Shown here: piece by piece, positions 44,587 through 54,516 of the stretch | How positions within the stretch are numbered: position 1 is the stretch's first letter | Layout of the letters: each line of letters begins with the position of its first letter | Source of the DNA: Acidimicrobiia bacterium | GTDB lineage: Bacteria; Actinomycetota; Acidimicrobiia; Spongiisociales; ZC4RG35 | Reading direction: 5' to 3' | NCBI GenBank assembly: GCA_044867525.1 | Contig: JBIOVB010000130.1 | Coordinates: 1 to 62,081, forward strand | DNA: 62,081 bases | Made by a program: the position numbers and the translations under genes | The notes under the pieces: model-generated | The model's input: the letters and a program-made list of their open reading frames with translations, nothing else | What the model was told of the DNA's origin: nothing | Database searches by the model: none

Positions 44587-46242
44587 ATGCCGGTCCGGGT
44601 AGCCGGCGCCCAGATCAACCTGGTCGTCGGTGACATCAAGGGAAATGAGGGGCGTGTCGCCGAAGCCATGGCGTGGGCGGAGGCCGAAGGTGCGGACCTT
44701 CTCCTTCTCCCAGAGCTCGCCTTGAACGGCTATCCGCCTGAGGACCTGGTACTTCGCCGCGACTTCGTCGACGCCGGGATCGAGGCCCGGGACCGGCTGG
44801 CTGCCCGCTCTGGCGGGTTGGCCGTGGTCGTGGGTTTCGTGGATCGTGCGGAGCCATCGCCTCGAGGCGGGGCGGATGCATTGGAGAGGAACGTTGCCAA
44901 CGCGGCGGCCATTCTCCAGCACGGTGAGGTACGCGGGGTGTATCACAAGGTGCTCCTCCCCAATTACGGGGTCTTCGACGAGGATCGCTATTTCTCGGTC
45001 GGTAACAGCCCTGGTGCGGTGTGGACGGTGGGCGACCTCACGGTCGGCGTGTCGATATGCGAGGACATTTGGCTCGCCGACGGGCCTCCGGCTGTCCAGG
45101 CAGCGGCCGGCGCCCGGATCCTGCTCAACATCAACGCCTCTCCTTTCCACCGGGGGAAGGCGGAAGAGCGAGAGGCGATGATCGTCGAACGCGCCGTGGC
45201 GGCAGGCGCCCCCGTGGTCTATCTGAATCTGGTCGGAGGCCAGGACGAGCTCGTGTTCGACGGTGGCTCGATGGTGATAGCCGCAGACGGGTCGGTGATC
45301 CATCGCTCGCCCCAGTTCGAGGAGGACCACTTCGTGGTCGACGTGCCCCTTGCCGGGGAGACCGCCGCCCCCACCGACCTCTCAACCTTCCTCGATCCGA
45401 CCGAGGAGGTGTACCGGGCCCTGACCGTCGGCCTCGGCGACTATGTGCGCAAGAACGGGTTCCAATCCGTCGTCATCGGGCTCTCCGGGGGAATCGACTC
45501 CGCGCTGACTGCTGCCATCGCCGTCGACGCTTTGGGGCCGGATGGAGTCTGGGGCGTGGCGATGCCGTCTCGATTCTCGTCGCAGCACTCGATCGAGGAT
45601 GCCCGTCAGCTGGCGTTGAACCTGGGGATTCGCTTCGACCTCGTTCCCATCGACGACGTCTATGGGTCGTATCTGGAGGCTCTGGCTCCGGTGTTCGTCG
45701 ATTTGCCCTTCGGAGTGGCCGAAGAGAACCTGCAGGCACGCACCAGGGGGGCGATCCTCATGGCGATCTCCAACAAACACGGCCCGATGGTGGTTGCCAC
45801 GGGCAACAAGTCCGAGCTTGCCGCTGGGTATGCGACCCTCTACGGCGACATGGTCGGCGGTTATGCGGTGCTCAAGGACGTCTTCAAGTCGCTGGTCTAC
45901 GAGCTGGCGAAATGGCGGAACAAGGATGGCGAGGTGATCCCGCAAGACAGCATCGACAAACCGCCTTCGGCCGAGCTTCGTCCCAACCAGCAGGACTCGG
46001 ATTCACTGCCCCCTTACCACGTGCTCGACGCCATCCTCGAGCTGTACATCGAAGACGATTGCGCGCCAGTCGACATCGTGGAAAGAGGCTACGACGGCGA
46101 CCTCGTGGCCCGGGTGACGGGGATGGTCGACCGCAACGAGTACAAGCGAAGACAGGCGGCACCCGGGGTCAAGATCACGACGAAGGCCTTCGGCAAGGAT
46201 CGGCGACTCCCGATCACCAACCGCTACCGGTCACCAGCGTGA
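44587..46242 (+). CDS. nadE: Glutamine-dependent NAD+ synthetase
   Basis: PEL.GYPPED, LPNYGVFDE, ICED, LSGGIDS, ENLQAR, GNKSE, EYKRRQ. Confidence 0.96.
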   Translation: MPVRVAGAQINLVVGDIKGNEGRVAEAMAWAEAEGADLLLLPELALNGYPPEDLVLRRDFVDAGIEARDRLAARSGGLAVVVGFVDRAEPSPRGGADALERNVANAAAILQHGEVRGVYHKVLLPNYGVFDEDRYFSVGNSPGAVWTVGDLTVGVSICEDIWLADGPPAVQAAAGARILLNINASPFHRGKAEEREAMIVERAVAAGAPVVYLNLVGGQDELVFDGGSMVIAADGSVIHRSPQFEEDHFVVDVPLAGETAAPTDLSTFLDPTEEVYRALTVGLGDYVRKNGFQSVVIGLSGGIDSALTAAIAVDALGPDGVWGVAMPSRFSSQHSIEDARQLALNLGIRFDLVPIDDVYGSYLEALAPVFVDLPFGVAEENLQARTRGAILMAISNKHGPMVVATGNKSELAAGYATLYGDMVGGYAVLKDVFKSLVYELAKWRNKDGEVIPQDSIDKPPSAELRPNQQDSDSLPPYHVLDAILELYIEDDCAPVDIVERGYDGDLVARVTGMVDRNEYKRRQAAPGVKITTKAFGKDRRLPITNRYRSPA

Positions 46243-47045
46243 CCTCGACCGTCTTCATCAACGGCGTCGCTTCAGACGCGGGAGTGCCAGTGACCGACTC
46301 TTCGGTCCTGCGCGGTGACGGCTGTTTCGAGGTGCTCAAGGCATACCAGGGACGAGCCTTCGCCATGGACCTCCACCTCGATCGGCTGGAGAGGAGCGCA
46401 AAGGCACTCGAGATCACTCTTCCCCAACGCGACGACATCGCAGCCTGGATCGGCGCGGTGGCCGTGGAATGCCCGGATTGTGCGGTGCGGGTGGTGGTCA
46501 CTCGGGGCTCCGCCCTGCCCGGCGGGCCGACCGAGCCAATGGTGATCGTGTTCGCCCATTCCTGGGAGCCCCCGGTTGGCCCGGCAACCCTGTTCCCGGT
46601 GACCGCGCCCTGGCATGGCGCCGGTGTCGGCTGGGACCTCGCAGGAGCCAAGGTCCTCTCCTATGCGCCCAACGTCTCCGCGACCAGGAGCGCCCGCAAC
46701 TCCGGCTTCGACGATGCACTTCTCCTGACGGTCCCGGGATCGGTTCTCGAAGGCCCGACCTTCTCAGTGGCCTGGGTGGTCGATGGGGTGCTGGAGACCC
46801 CGTCATTGGACCTCGGCATCCTCGACTCGATAACCCGTCGTCTCTTGTTAGAAGACGCGACCAGGCTTGGAATCGAGGTGGTCGAGGGCGAGTGGCCTTT
46901 GGATCGTCTCGCTGCCGCGTCGGAGGCGATGGCTCTGTCCACCATCCGTGAGGTGCAACCCGTCTCCAGGATCGGTGACCTGGGATTCGGCGAGGGCCCG
47001 GTCACCAGCCGTCTCCGCCGCGAGTTCTCTCAGCGCACCGGCTGA
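46239..47045 (+). CDS. Class IV aminotransferase (IlvE/PabC-like)
   Basis: GDGCFE, HLDRL, AKVLSY, EGPT, ILDSITR; GTGA overlap with nadE. Confidence 0.9.
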   Translation: MTSTVFINGVASDAGVPVTDSSVLRGDGCFEVLKAYQGRAFAMDLHLDRLERSAKALEITLPQRDDIAAWIGAVAVECPDCAVRVVVTRGSALPGGPTEPMVIVFAHSWEPPVGPATLFPVTAPWHGAGVGWDLAGAKVLSYAPNVSATRSARNSGFDDALLLTVPGSVLEGPTFSVAWVVDGVLETPSLDLGILDSITRRLLLEDATRLGIEVVEGEWPLDRLAAASEAMALSTIREVQPVSRIGDLGFGEGPVTSRLRREFSQRTG

Positions 47046-48484
47046 GTCACATCCGCGCAGTCGGCGATCGTCGGGCCGTGGATCCAGCGAAGCAGGTTGG
47101 CCAGCGCCTCGCCCCGATTGATCAGTCGCTGATCGTCGAGCGGTGGCCGGCACTCGCCCAAGACGCCGGCGTTGCGCAGGAGGGTCTCCGCCTCATCCGC
47201 GTCGGGGAGGACCCCGAGTGCACCAACCGTGTTCACCAACTCCGGGCTGGTGAGGTCGGCCGGCTGCGGCTCACTCAGAGCCCAAGCCGCCAAACGGGCT
47301 ACCTCGGTCTCGGGAATGCCAAAGGCGAGGCACGGCTCGGTCTCTACGCATCCCATCAGCTCGCTCAGGGCGCGGGCGTCACCCGCTGCAGCTACGAACA
47401 CCTGGGGGATCTCCTGAGTTCTCGCCTCCATGGGAGGAGGTTCGACACCTACCAGGTGGCGAGCCACCGCACGGGCAAACTCAGGGTCGGCGAGCTCCTC
47501 GGGGCATAGTGTGAGCCCGATCTCGTCACAGGGGAGGTATAGGCCTTGGGTCAGCAATAGCGCGGCCTGGAGCTGGATTCCGTCCCCGTCGTCGTCCAGG
47601 TAGGGGCCTGAGGCAGCTGGGTCGGGGATCTCGGCCTCGCGGCGTGCCTGGCGGAGGCTCGCAGCCGGATCCACGGCGACTCCTTGGCGGGTTCTCAACT
47701 CGAAATGGAGATGGTTGACCGAATCCTCGGCATTTCCCGAGTCGCCGATCCACCCGATCACCTGGCCGGCGACGACGGCGTCACCCACCTTCAGGTCTGG
47801 TCTTGCTCCGATCCCCATTCCGTCGTCAGTGAGGTGGAGATCGTTGTTGAGGTGGATGTAAACCGAGTACCAGCCGTCGTCGTGTCGGATCTTGATCGAG
47901 CAACAGTCTTCTGTTCCAACTACCTGTTTGATCTCGAGAACCGTGCCATCGGAGACCGCCAGCACCGGTGTCAGCTTCGGTGCACCCAGGTCGATGCCTG
48001 CATGCCGGCGGGCGCCACCGTCACGGGCGACCCCGAAGGTGGAGATGACCGGGCTGTCGCCGGCGATGGGCCAAGCCATGTCGTAGACGAAGGCGGAGCA
48101 CCTTGGCCTGCTCGGCCGCGGTGGTGAGGTCGGTGAGGGCCCCGGCAGGGAGGTCGATGCGTCGCCGTCGACCGTGGTGCTCGTCGAGTCGTCGATGGTC
48201 GTAGTCGAGGTCTCGGTAACGGTTGTGGTAGTCGTCTCGACCGCCGTCGTGGTCGTGGTCTCATCCCCAGGCACAGTGGTCGGGGTGGAGGTCCCCGGAG
48301 TCGTGGTCGAGGTCGTCGACGGGGTGCGCGGCCTTGGTGTGCCCGGAAGGGGCGGCAGGTCGTCGAGCGTGGTCGGCCCGCACATCGCTGCCTCCGCCGG
48401 GGCGGGAGGCCCGGCCACCACGAAAAGGGCGGCGATGAGAGCCAGGACGGCCACGGTGGCAGCCCCGAGCCTGCCTGGTGTCAT
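47030..48484 (-). CDS. Secreted M23 peptidase with Thr-rich linker
   Basis: Signal peptide, HAGID, YIHLN, GDSGNA, HLHFE. Confidence 0.9.
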   Translation of the reverse strand: MTPGRLGAATVAVLALIAALFVVAGPPAPAEAAMCGPTTLDDLPPLPGTPRPRTPSTTSTTTPGTSTPTTVPGDETTTTTAVETTTTTVTETSTTTIDDSTSTTVDGDASTSLPGPSPTSPPRPSRPRCSAFVYDMAWPIAGDSPVISTFGVARDGGARRHAGIDLGAPKLTPVLAVSDGTVLEIKQVVGTEDCCSIKIRHDDGWYSVYIHLNNDLHLTDDGMGIGARPDLKVGDAVVAGQVIGWIGDSGNAEDSVNHLHFELRTRQGVAVDPAASLRQARREAEIPDPAASGPYLDDDGDGIQLQAALLLTQGLYLPCDEIGLTLCPEELADPEFARAVARHLVGVEPPPMEARTQEIPQVFVAAAGDARALSELMGCVETEPCLAFGIPETEVARLAAWALSEPQPADLTSPELVNTVGALGVLPDADEAETLLRNAGVLGECRPPLDDQRLINRGEALANLLRWIHGPTIADCADVTQPVR

Positions 48485-48565
48485 GGGCGAAGGCTAACCA
48501 CGGAGAGCGGGGCTGGGAACCCGGGAGTATGGCCATAGCGTTCCGAGGGAATGCACAATGCCCCG

Positions 48566-49075
48566 ATGCGCAAATCCCTGGCCCTCTTCATCGCCCTGTC
48601 GGCGCTGCTCACGGCGTGTGACGGTGACGAGCCGGAACTGACGACCACCTCGACCCTGGTCACCTCGCCCGGTGAGGGTGGCGGCGAGGCAACCAGCACG
48701 ACGTCGGCGCCATCGAGCGGAGCGACCACCAGCACCACCCTGGTTGGGGAGACCGTGGGCAGCTACGAGATCGTGGCCCGTGAGCCGGTAGATGATGGCG
48801 AAGTTATCTACGTGGTGATCCCGCCGGGGGCCTACACCGACGTCGACCTGGAGAATTTCATCCTCGATCTCTACGAGCAGGGAACGGCCACCCATGGGGC
48901 CGAGGTGTTCACAGACCAGGCCGCGTCCGATGCCTACCTCAAGGCGGAGGCGGAGCGCACTCCGGAGGAAACCGCTCTCATCGATCAGCACCATCTGGTG
49001 AGCCTGGTCGGAGGCACCACCATCGTGTTCCGGGGGCCATTCGCCGAGTCCGGCCAGCACGCCTTGGGCAGCTAG
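48566..49075 (+). CDS. Hypothetical lipoprotein
   Basis: MRKSLALFIALSALLTAC lipobox. Confidence 0.75.
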   Translation: MRKSLALFIALSALLTACDGDEPELTTTSTLVTSPGEGGGEATSTTSAPSSGATTSTTLVGETVGSYEIVAREPVDDGEVIYVVIPPGAYTDVDLENFILDLYEQGTATHGAEVFTDQAASDAYLKAEAERTPEETALIDQHHLVSLVGGTTIVFRGPFAESGQHALGS

Positions 49076-49085
49076 CGACAGACCA

Positions 49086-50489
49086 CTAGAGCAGGGCAGT
49101 CGCCACCAGCAGGAAGCCGCCGAAACCGACCACATCGGTGATGGTCGTGAGGAATATGGACGACGCCAGAGCAGGGTCCTGATCGAGGGCCCTCAACACC
49201 AGGGGTATGGCGGTGCCGGCCAAGGTGGCGACCAGCAGGTTCACCAGCACGGCCAATGCCACCACCGCTACCAGCTGGGCCCGCCCGCTCTCGCTGCTGA
49301 AGATCCCGGTCCCCAGTAGGAGATAGGTGAGGGCGGCGGCCGCCAGGGCAACTATGGCCCCGTTGACCAGTCCGGTGCCCGCGTGCCGTCTCATTATCGA
49401 GCCCACCTGGGCGCGGGGGACGTCGTCGGAGGCCAAAGATCGGATCATCACCGCCAGGCTCTGATTGCCGCTGTTCCCGCCCAACGAGGCGACAACGGGC
49501 ATCAGCGCGGCCAGCACCGGCTCCCGGGAGATGATGCCTGTCTGTTGCTCGATGACAAGGGCCACCAACAAGGAAAGAGTCAGATTGAGTATCAGCCACG
49601 GCGAGCGCATTCGCACCGACTTGGGGACGGCGGTGTACACGGTCTCCTCCACCCCGGCGCCGACCGCCGCTGCGAAGTCCTCGGTTGCCTCGTCCTGGAC
49701 CGCCTCGAGGACCGCGTCACTGGTGACCATGCCCAGGAGCCGCCCGTTCCCATCGGTCACCGGGATCCCGAACAGGTGGTAACGCTGGGCGAGATCTGCG
49801 ACCTCCTCCCGATCGGCGAAGGCGTTCACCGACACCGGATCTGGAACCATCACTTCCTCGAGGTTTGCCCCCGGCCGCTTGAAGACCAGGTCGCGGAATG
49901 AGATCACTCCCTTCAGTCGAGCGGCGTCGTCGACTACGTAGACATAGGAGAGGTCCTCGTACTCGTCATTGAGCTGACGGATACGCTCGATGGCCTCCCC
50001 TGCGGTGAGGCCGAAGGGGAGGGAGGCTATATCGGTGGACATCAAGCCGCCGGCGCTGTCCGGCGGATAGACGAGGAGGCTGCGGATCTCCCGCTCGGAG
50101 TCTTCGTCGAGTCGGGTGAGGACGGCTTCCGTGATCTCTTCGTCCAACTCGAAGAGGAGGTCGGCTGCCGCCTCTCCAGTCATCTCGCTGACCGCAGCCG
50201 TGAGGTCCTCGATGGACACATCCTCGAGAAGCTCTGCGGCGAGCTCCGGTGCGATCTGCTCCAGGATCTCGGCGGCGTCGGCCGCAGGCAGCTCACTGAG
50301 GAGTTCGGCGGCATCCTCCTCCGCCAGCTGTTCCAGGACGTCGGCGGCGTCGCCGGGAGCGGCTTCGGCGAGGGCCTCCCACTCTTCACGACGAGAATCG
50401 AGGTAATCCGCGACCTCGTCGTGATCGCGCCGCGCAGCGGCAATCAGTGTCCTTGCAAGTTGACGGGGACTTCTGAGTCGGAGTCTCAC
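49086..50489 (-). CDS. mgtE: Magnesium transporter MgtE
   Basis: YPPDSAGGLM, CBS pair, GGNSGNQS, DPALAS, TTITDVVG. Confidence 0.95.
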   Translation of the reverse strand: MRLRLRSPRQLARTLIAAARRDHDEVADYLDSRREEWEALAEAAPGDAADVLEQLAEEDAAELLSELPAADAAEILEQIAPELAAELLEDVSIEDLTAAVSEMTGEAAADLLFELDEEITEAVLTRLDEDSEREIRSLLVYPPDSAGGLMSTDIASLPFGLTAGEAIERIRQLNDEYEDLSYVYVVDDAARLKGVISFRDLVFKRPGANLEEVMVPDPVSVNAFADREEVADLAQRYHLFGIPVTDGNGRLLGMVTSDAVLEAVQDEATEDFAAAVGAGVEETVYTAVPKSVRMRSPWLILNLTLSLLVALVIEQQTGIISREPVLAALMPVVASLGGNSGNQSLAVMIRSLASDDVPRAQVGSIMRRHAGTGLVNGAIVALAAAALTYLLLGTGIFSSESGRAQLVAVVALAVLVNLLVATLAGTAIPLVLRALDQDPALASSIFLTTITDVVGFGGFLLVATALL

Positions 50490-50532
50490 CCTCGGCCCCT
50501 CGAACGGCGAACCGGGGCCAGGCTAACCCCGA

Positions 50533-51009
50533 TCAGCCTTGGAAAGGGCGCACGGCCTTGATCAAGAGGGTGAACTCGCCGGCCGGGGCCTCGTAAGAGA
50601 CCCGGTCTCCGACCGAGCCGCCGAGAAGGGCCTGACCCATCGGGCTGGTCGGCGAGGCGAGCAGCAGCCCCGCCACCTTGTTTTCCTGGGGAGCGACGAA
50701 GCATTCGAACTCATCGCCGTCGTGATCGACGACCGTGACCACGCTGCCCACCTCGACCTTGCCACTGTCGACAACCTCGAGGACCTCCGCGGTGTTGAGC
50801 AGGTACTCCAGCTTGCGAATCCGCGCCTCCATCAACCCTTGGTCGTTCTTCGCCGTGTCGTAGTCCGCGTTCTCACGCAGGTCGCCATGGGAGCGGGCCT
50901 CTGCGATGCGCTCCTCTATAGCCCGGCGTCCCTCGGTGCGGAGCTCCTCTAGCTCCTCTTCGATCTTCTGCCGGGCGGCAGGGGTCAGAAAAGTCGGTTC
51001 CTCGGTCAT
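50533..51009 (-). CDS. greA: Transcription elongation factor GreA
   Basis: ARSHGDLRENADY, EARI, SPMGQAL. Confidence 0.95.
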   Translation of the reverse strand: MTEEPTFLTPAARQKIEEELEELRTEGRRAIEERIAEARSHGDLRENADYDTAKNDQGLMEARIRKLEYLLNTAEVLEVVDSGKVEVGSVVTVVDHDGDEFECFVAPQENKVAGLLLASPTSPMGQALLGGSVGDRVSYEAPAGEFTLLIKAVRPFQG

Positions 51010-51103
51010 TCGAACCGGGGAGAGTAACTCCCACCTGACGGCTAATCGGTGGCAGGCCCGGCCGCGTGGAGGCGGATACCCGGATTCGGTCTAACTTCCT
51101 CCC

Positions 51104-51526
51104 GTGGAGCCCGCTCAGCGTCTCGACGCGATCGCCGAAGCCCTTTCCATCCCTCGGGCGCGGCGTCACATCTTCCTATGCGCCGACCAGACCACCCCGA
51201 AGTGCGCTCCGCATGAAACGACCCATGCGCTCTGGGGGCATCTCAAGAGGCGTCTCAAGGAATTGGGCCTGACCTCGGCCCCGCCGGCCTGGGGCGGAAA
51301 CCCTGGCATGGAGGCAACCTCCGGTGAGCCCGGCACAGGCACGGTGCTCAGGAGCAAGGTCGACTGCCTTCGAATCTGTGAGCAGGGAGCAATTTGCGTC
51401 GTGTACCCCGAGGGGACTTGGTACGCCGGTATCGACGAGGAGAAGCTGGACCGGATCATCGAGGAGCATCTGATCGGGGGGCGCCCGGTCGAAGACCTGA
51501 TGTTCGCAGTCGGAGACCTGCGGTGA
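51104..51526 (+). CDS. Thioredoxin-like [2Fe-2S] ferredoxin
   Basis: HIFLC...PKC, CLRICEQG, VYPEGTWY, IIEEHL.GG. Confidence 0.9.
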   Translation: MEPAQRLDAIAEALSIPRARRHIFLCADQTTPKCAPHETTHALWGHLKRRLKELGLTSAPPAWGGNPGMEATSGEPGTGTVLRSKVDCLRICEQGAICVVYPEGTWYAGIDEEKLDRIIEEHLIGGRPVEDLMFAVGDLR

Positions 51527-52422
51527 GGTGGCTTCGCAGACTGCTGGCCGGCTTCTTCATCTGGCGGCTGTTCGGACCGGTCCTCTCCCCTCGGTTCCGC
51601 TCTCCCCAGGAGCACCCATGGCGTCATTTCGGGCACACCGTCTTTGTGGGCGATCAGGAATTCCTGGTTCGGGACCTGGGTCCCGATGGGGCGCCGCCGG
51701 TCCTGCTCATCCATGGGCTTGCGGGATCGTCGCTTGCGGAGTGGTACCGGATCGGCCCGGCGCTGGCCGAGAAGTACCGGGTCATCATGGTCGACCACCG
51801 GAGCCATGGCCTGGCTCCCATGGCCCGGGCCCGGTTCGAGGTCGACGACATCGCCGACGACATGGCGGGGGTGCTCGATCGGCTCGGAGTCGGGGTGGTG
51901 TCGGTGGTTGGGTACTCCATGGGTGGCGCCATTGCCCAGGCGTTCGCCCACCGCCATCCGGAGCGAACGGGCCGTGTTGTCCTCATCGCCACGTTCAGTC
52001 ATCACCCGCAGCCGGTCAGGGCGCTGCGGGTGGCGGGGGCGGTGATCGCTCGGGCCTGGGAGCGTCTCACCGGTCTGGGGACGCCGGAGGTCAGGTCGGG
52101 ATACCTGTTGGCCACAGGCGCGGTCGAGGAGCGCCACGCCCGCTGGCTCTGGGAGGAGACCCATCGGCGGGACACCGATGCCGGAACCCAAGCGAGCCTC
52201 GCCCTGCTTCGGTTCGACTCCCGGCCATGGGTGGCGAAGATCGAGGCCGAGGCTTTGGTCGTCATCCCTACCAAGGACCAACTCGTGCCCCCGTCATGGC
52301 AGTACCAACTGGCGGCGCTCATCGGCGACCCCGAGGTGGTGGAGCTGGTCGGGGTCAGACACGAGGCGCCCTGGACCCACGCCGACCGTCTGGTCGACGA
52401 AATCACGCACTTCATCGGGTGA
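51523..52422 (+). CDS. Alpha/beta hydrolase
   Basis: IHG, DHRSHG, GYSMGG nucleophile elbow, D and H of the triad. Confidence 0.92.
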   Translation: MRWLRRLLAGFFIWRLFGPVLSPRFRSPQEHPWRHFGHTVFVGDQEFLVRDLGPDGAPPVLLIHGLAGSSLAEWYRIGPALAEKYRVIMVDHRSHGLAPMARARFEVDDIADDMAGVLDRLGVGVVSVVGYSMGGAIAQAFAHRHPERTGRVVLIATFSHHPQPVRALRVAGAVIARAWERLTGLGTPEVRSGYLLATGAVEERHARWLWEETHRRDTDAGTQASLALLRFDSRPWVAKIEAEALVVIPTKDQLVPPSWQYQLAALIGDPEVVELVGVRHEAPWTHADRLVDEITHFIG

Positions 52423-52457
52423 CCCCGGCAACTGCAAGTGACCACTAGCGTGAAAGG

Positions 52458-54470
52458 ATGACCACCGAGCTCGTCCTTGGCACATGCCACCACGACTGCC
52501 CGGACACTTGCGGCTGGGTGGTCACCGTCGAGGATGGGCGGGCAGTCAAGTTGCGGGGCAACCCCGACCACCCGTACTCCCGAGGGGAGCTCTGCCCCAA
52601 GGTCAACCGGTTCCTGGAGAGGGTCTATCACCCCGACCGCGTGCTCCACCCCATGATCCGGGTCGGTCCGAAGGGTGCCGGGGAGTTTCGTCGGGGGAGC
52701 TGGGCCGAGGCCCTGGATCTGGTGGCCAGCCGTCTGCGAGCGGTGATCGACGAGCACGGAGGGGAAGCGATCGTCCCCTGGGGTGATGCCGGCACCCAAG
52801 GCCTGCTCCAGATGTCCTATCTCGACCGCTTCTTCTTTGCCGGCATCGGCGCCTCGCGCCAGATCGACTCGCTGTGCGGGGCCACGGCCGGGGCCGGCCT
52901 CTCGGCGACCTACGGCAGCAAGCACAGCGCCGATCCTATGGATGTCCGTTTCTCCGAACTGGTGCTGCTCTGGGGGACCAACACCAGGCTCACCAACCGC
53001 CATCTCTGGCCCTTCGTCGAGGAGGCAAGAGCCAATGGCGCCAAGGTGGTGGTCATCGACCCGATCCGGACCATCACCGCTCAGTCGGCCGACTGGTTCA
53101 TCCAACCGCTGCCGGGTACCGACGTCGCACTGATGCTGGGGATGATGCATGTTCTGATCAGGGATGGTCTCATCGACCATGAGTACGTGGCCGACCACAC
53201 GCTCGGCTTCGAGGAGTTGGTAGAGCATGTCTCGTCGTGGACCCCACAGCGGGCGGCCGAGGCCTGCGGGCTCGAACCCTCCGAGGTCGAGGAGTTGGCC
53301 CGGGTCTACGGCGCGATACAGAAGAGCTTCATTCGCACCCTGATCGGCGCCGAGCACCACGAGCACGGGGCGATGTTCTTCCGGGCCCTTGGCTGCCTTC
53401 CGGTCCTCACCGGCGCCTGGCGGCATCGCGGCGGCGGCCTTTCACGATCGGTGGGGGTGTGGTCCGAGGAGATTGCCGACGATTCGGTGATGGATCCCCG
53501 ATCCACGACACGGCCGGTGAGCATGAATCGCCTCGGTGAGGCCCTCACCAATGAGGAGACCGGCGTCCATGCCCTTTTCGTCTGGAATGGCAACCCCCTC
53601 GTCTCCGCTCCCAATGCCGCCTTGGTCCGGCGCGGCTTGGAGCGGGAGGACCTGTTCACAGTGGTCAGCGAGCAGTTCCTCACCGACACGGCTCTCTATG
53701 CCGACGTGGTGTTCCCGGCGACCACTCAGATCGAGCAAACGGATGTCGTCCAGTCCTGGGGGCACCTCTACCTGGGGTGGAACCACGCCGCCATCGAGCC
53801 AGTCGGGGAGTCGGTCCCCAACTCCGAGTTGTGGCGTCGGTTGGCCAAAGCGATGGGGGTCCGGCATCCGGTGTTCGAGATGAGCGATGAAGAGCTCTTG
53901 CAGCAGGCCCTTCCCGACGTCGACCTCGAGATCCTGCAGAAGCAGGGCTTTGCCCGGCTCGACCTTCCGGAGGCGCTCCTGCCTTATGCCGAGGGCGGTT
54001 TCGCCAACCCGGATGGCAAGGCGCATCTCTACTCCGATCGACTGGCGCAAGCCGGCCACGACCCGCTGCCCTCCTACACGCCCGCCGTGGAGGGCCCGGG
54101 TAGTGAGATGAGCAGACGGTTCCCGCTGTCGCTCCTCACTCCCAAGAACCACGTCCGCTTCCTCAACACCAGCTATTCCCGCCATCACGGCGACAAGGAG
54201 AAAGCACCAGGGTTCGAGATCGATCCGGCCGATGCCGGGGCGCGGGGGATTGCCGAAGGAGACCTGGTCCGTGTGTTCAACGAGCGAGCAGAGCTCCGGC
54301 TCCCGGCGCGGATCAGCGATCGGCTTCGCCCCGGGGTCTGTGCCATCCCCTGGGGGTGGTGGGGAGCCGAGGCCAACGCCAACGCTCTGACAAACGACGC
54401 CCCCGCAGATTGGGGGGGAGGCGTCGCCTTCTGGGACACCCTGGTGGAGGCGGAGAAGGCTTCGCCGTAA
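52458..54470 (+). CDS. Molybdopterin oxidoreductase (DMSO reductase family, uncharacterised type)
   Basis: CHHDCPDTC, LCPK, WGTN, IDP, PGTD, TDTALYAD, FLNTSY; no Tat signal. Confidence 0.92.
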   Translation: MTTELVLGTCHHDCPDTCGWVVTVEDGRAVKLRGNPDHPYSRGELCPKVNRFLERVYHPDRVLHPMIRVGPKGAGEFRRGSWAEALDLVASRLRAVIDEHGGEAIVPWGDAGTQGLLQMSYLDRFFFAGIGASRQIDSLCGATAGAGLSATYGSKHSADPMDVRFSELVLLWGTNTRLTNRHLWPFVEEARANGAKVVVIDPIRTITAQSADWFIQPLPGTDVALMLGMMHVLIRDGLIDHEYVADHTLGFEELVEHVSSWTPQRAAEACGLEPSEVEELARVYGAIQKSFIRTLIGAEHHEHGAMFFRALGCLPVLTGAWRHRGGGLSRSVGVWSEEIADDSVMDPRSTTRPVSMNRLGEALTNEETGVHALFVWNGNPLVSAPNAALVRRGLEREDLFTVVSEQFLTDTALYADVVFPATTQIEQTDVVQSWGHLYLGWNHAAIEPVGESVPNSELWRRLAKAMGVRHPVFEMSDEELLQQALPDVDLEILQKQGFARLDLPEALLPYAEGGFANPDGKAHLYSDRLAQAGHDPLPSYTPAVEGPGSEMSRRFPLSLLTPKNHVRFLNTSYSRHHGDKEKAPGFEIDPADAGARGIAEGDLVRVFNERAELRLPARISDRLRPGVCAIPWGWWGAEANANALTNDAPADWGGGVAFWDTLVEAEKASP

Positions 54471-54516
54471 TTGGGGCCGGGAGCATTCACCACGAATGCT
54501 CAACCCCTCAATTTCG
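54466..54516. repeat. 51-bp palindromic element, subfamily B copy 2
   Basis: CGTAATTGGGG...GCATTC-ACCAC-GAATGC...TCAATTTCG; contains the stop codons of both flanking genes. Confidence 0.75.

Noticed and set aside
45021-46238. 674-aa aminotransferase fusion
   Set aside because: Arg/Gly/Pro-rich off-frame read of nadE; real start is GTG 46239
48170-48330. ACC/ACG-rich tandem-like repeats (also about 4980-5060, 34265-34305, 57130-57260)
   Set aside because: Thr-rich linkers of secreted proteins, not DNA-level arrays
6979-54516. 51-bp elements as CRISPR repeats or integron attC sites
   Set aside because: Dispersed rather than arrayed, no spacers or cas genes, no RYYYAAC/GTTRRRY ends, no integrase
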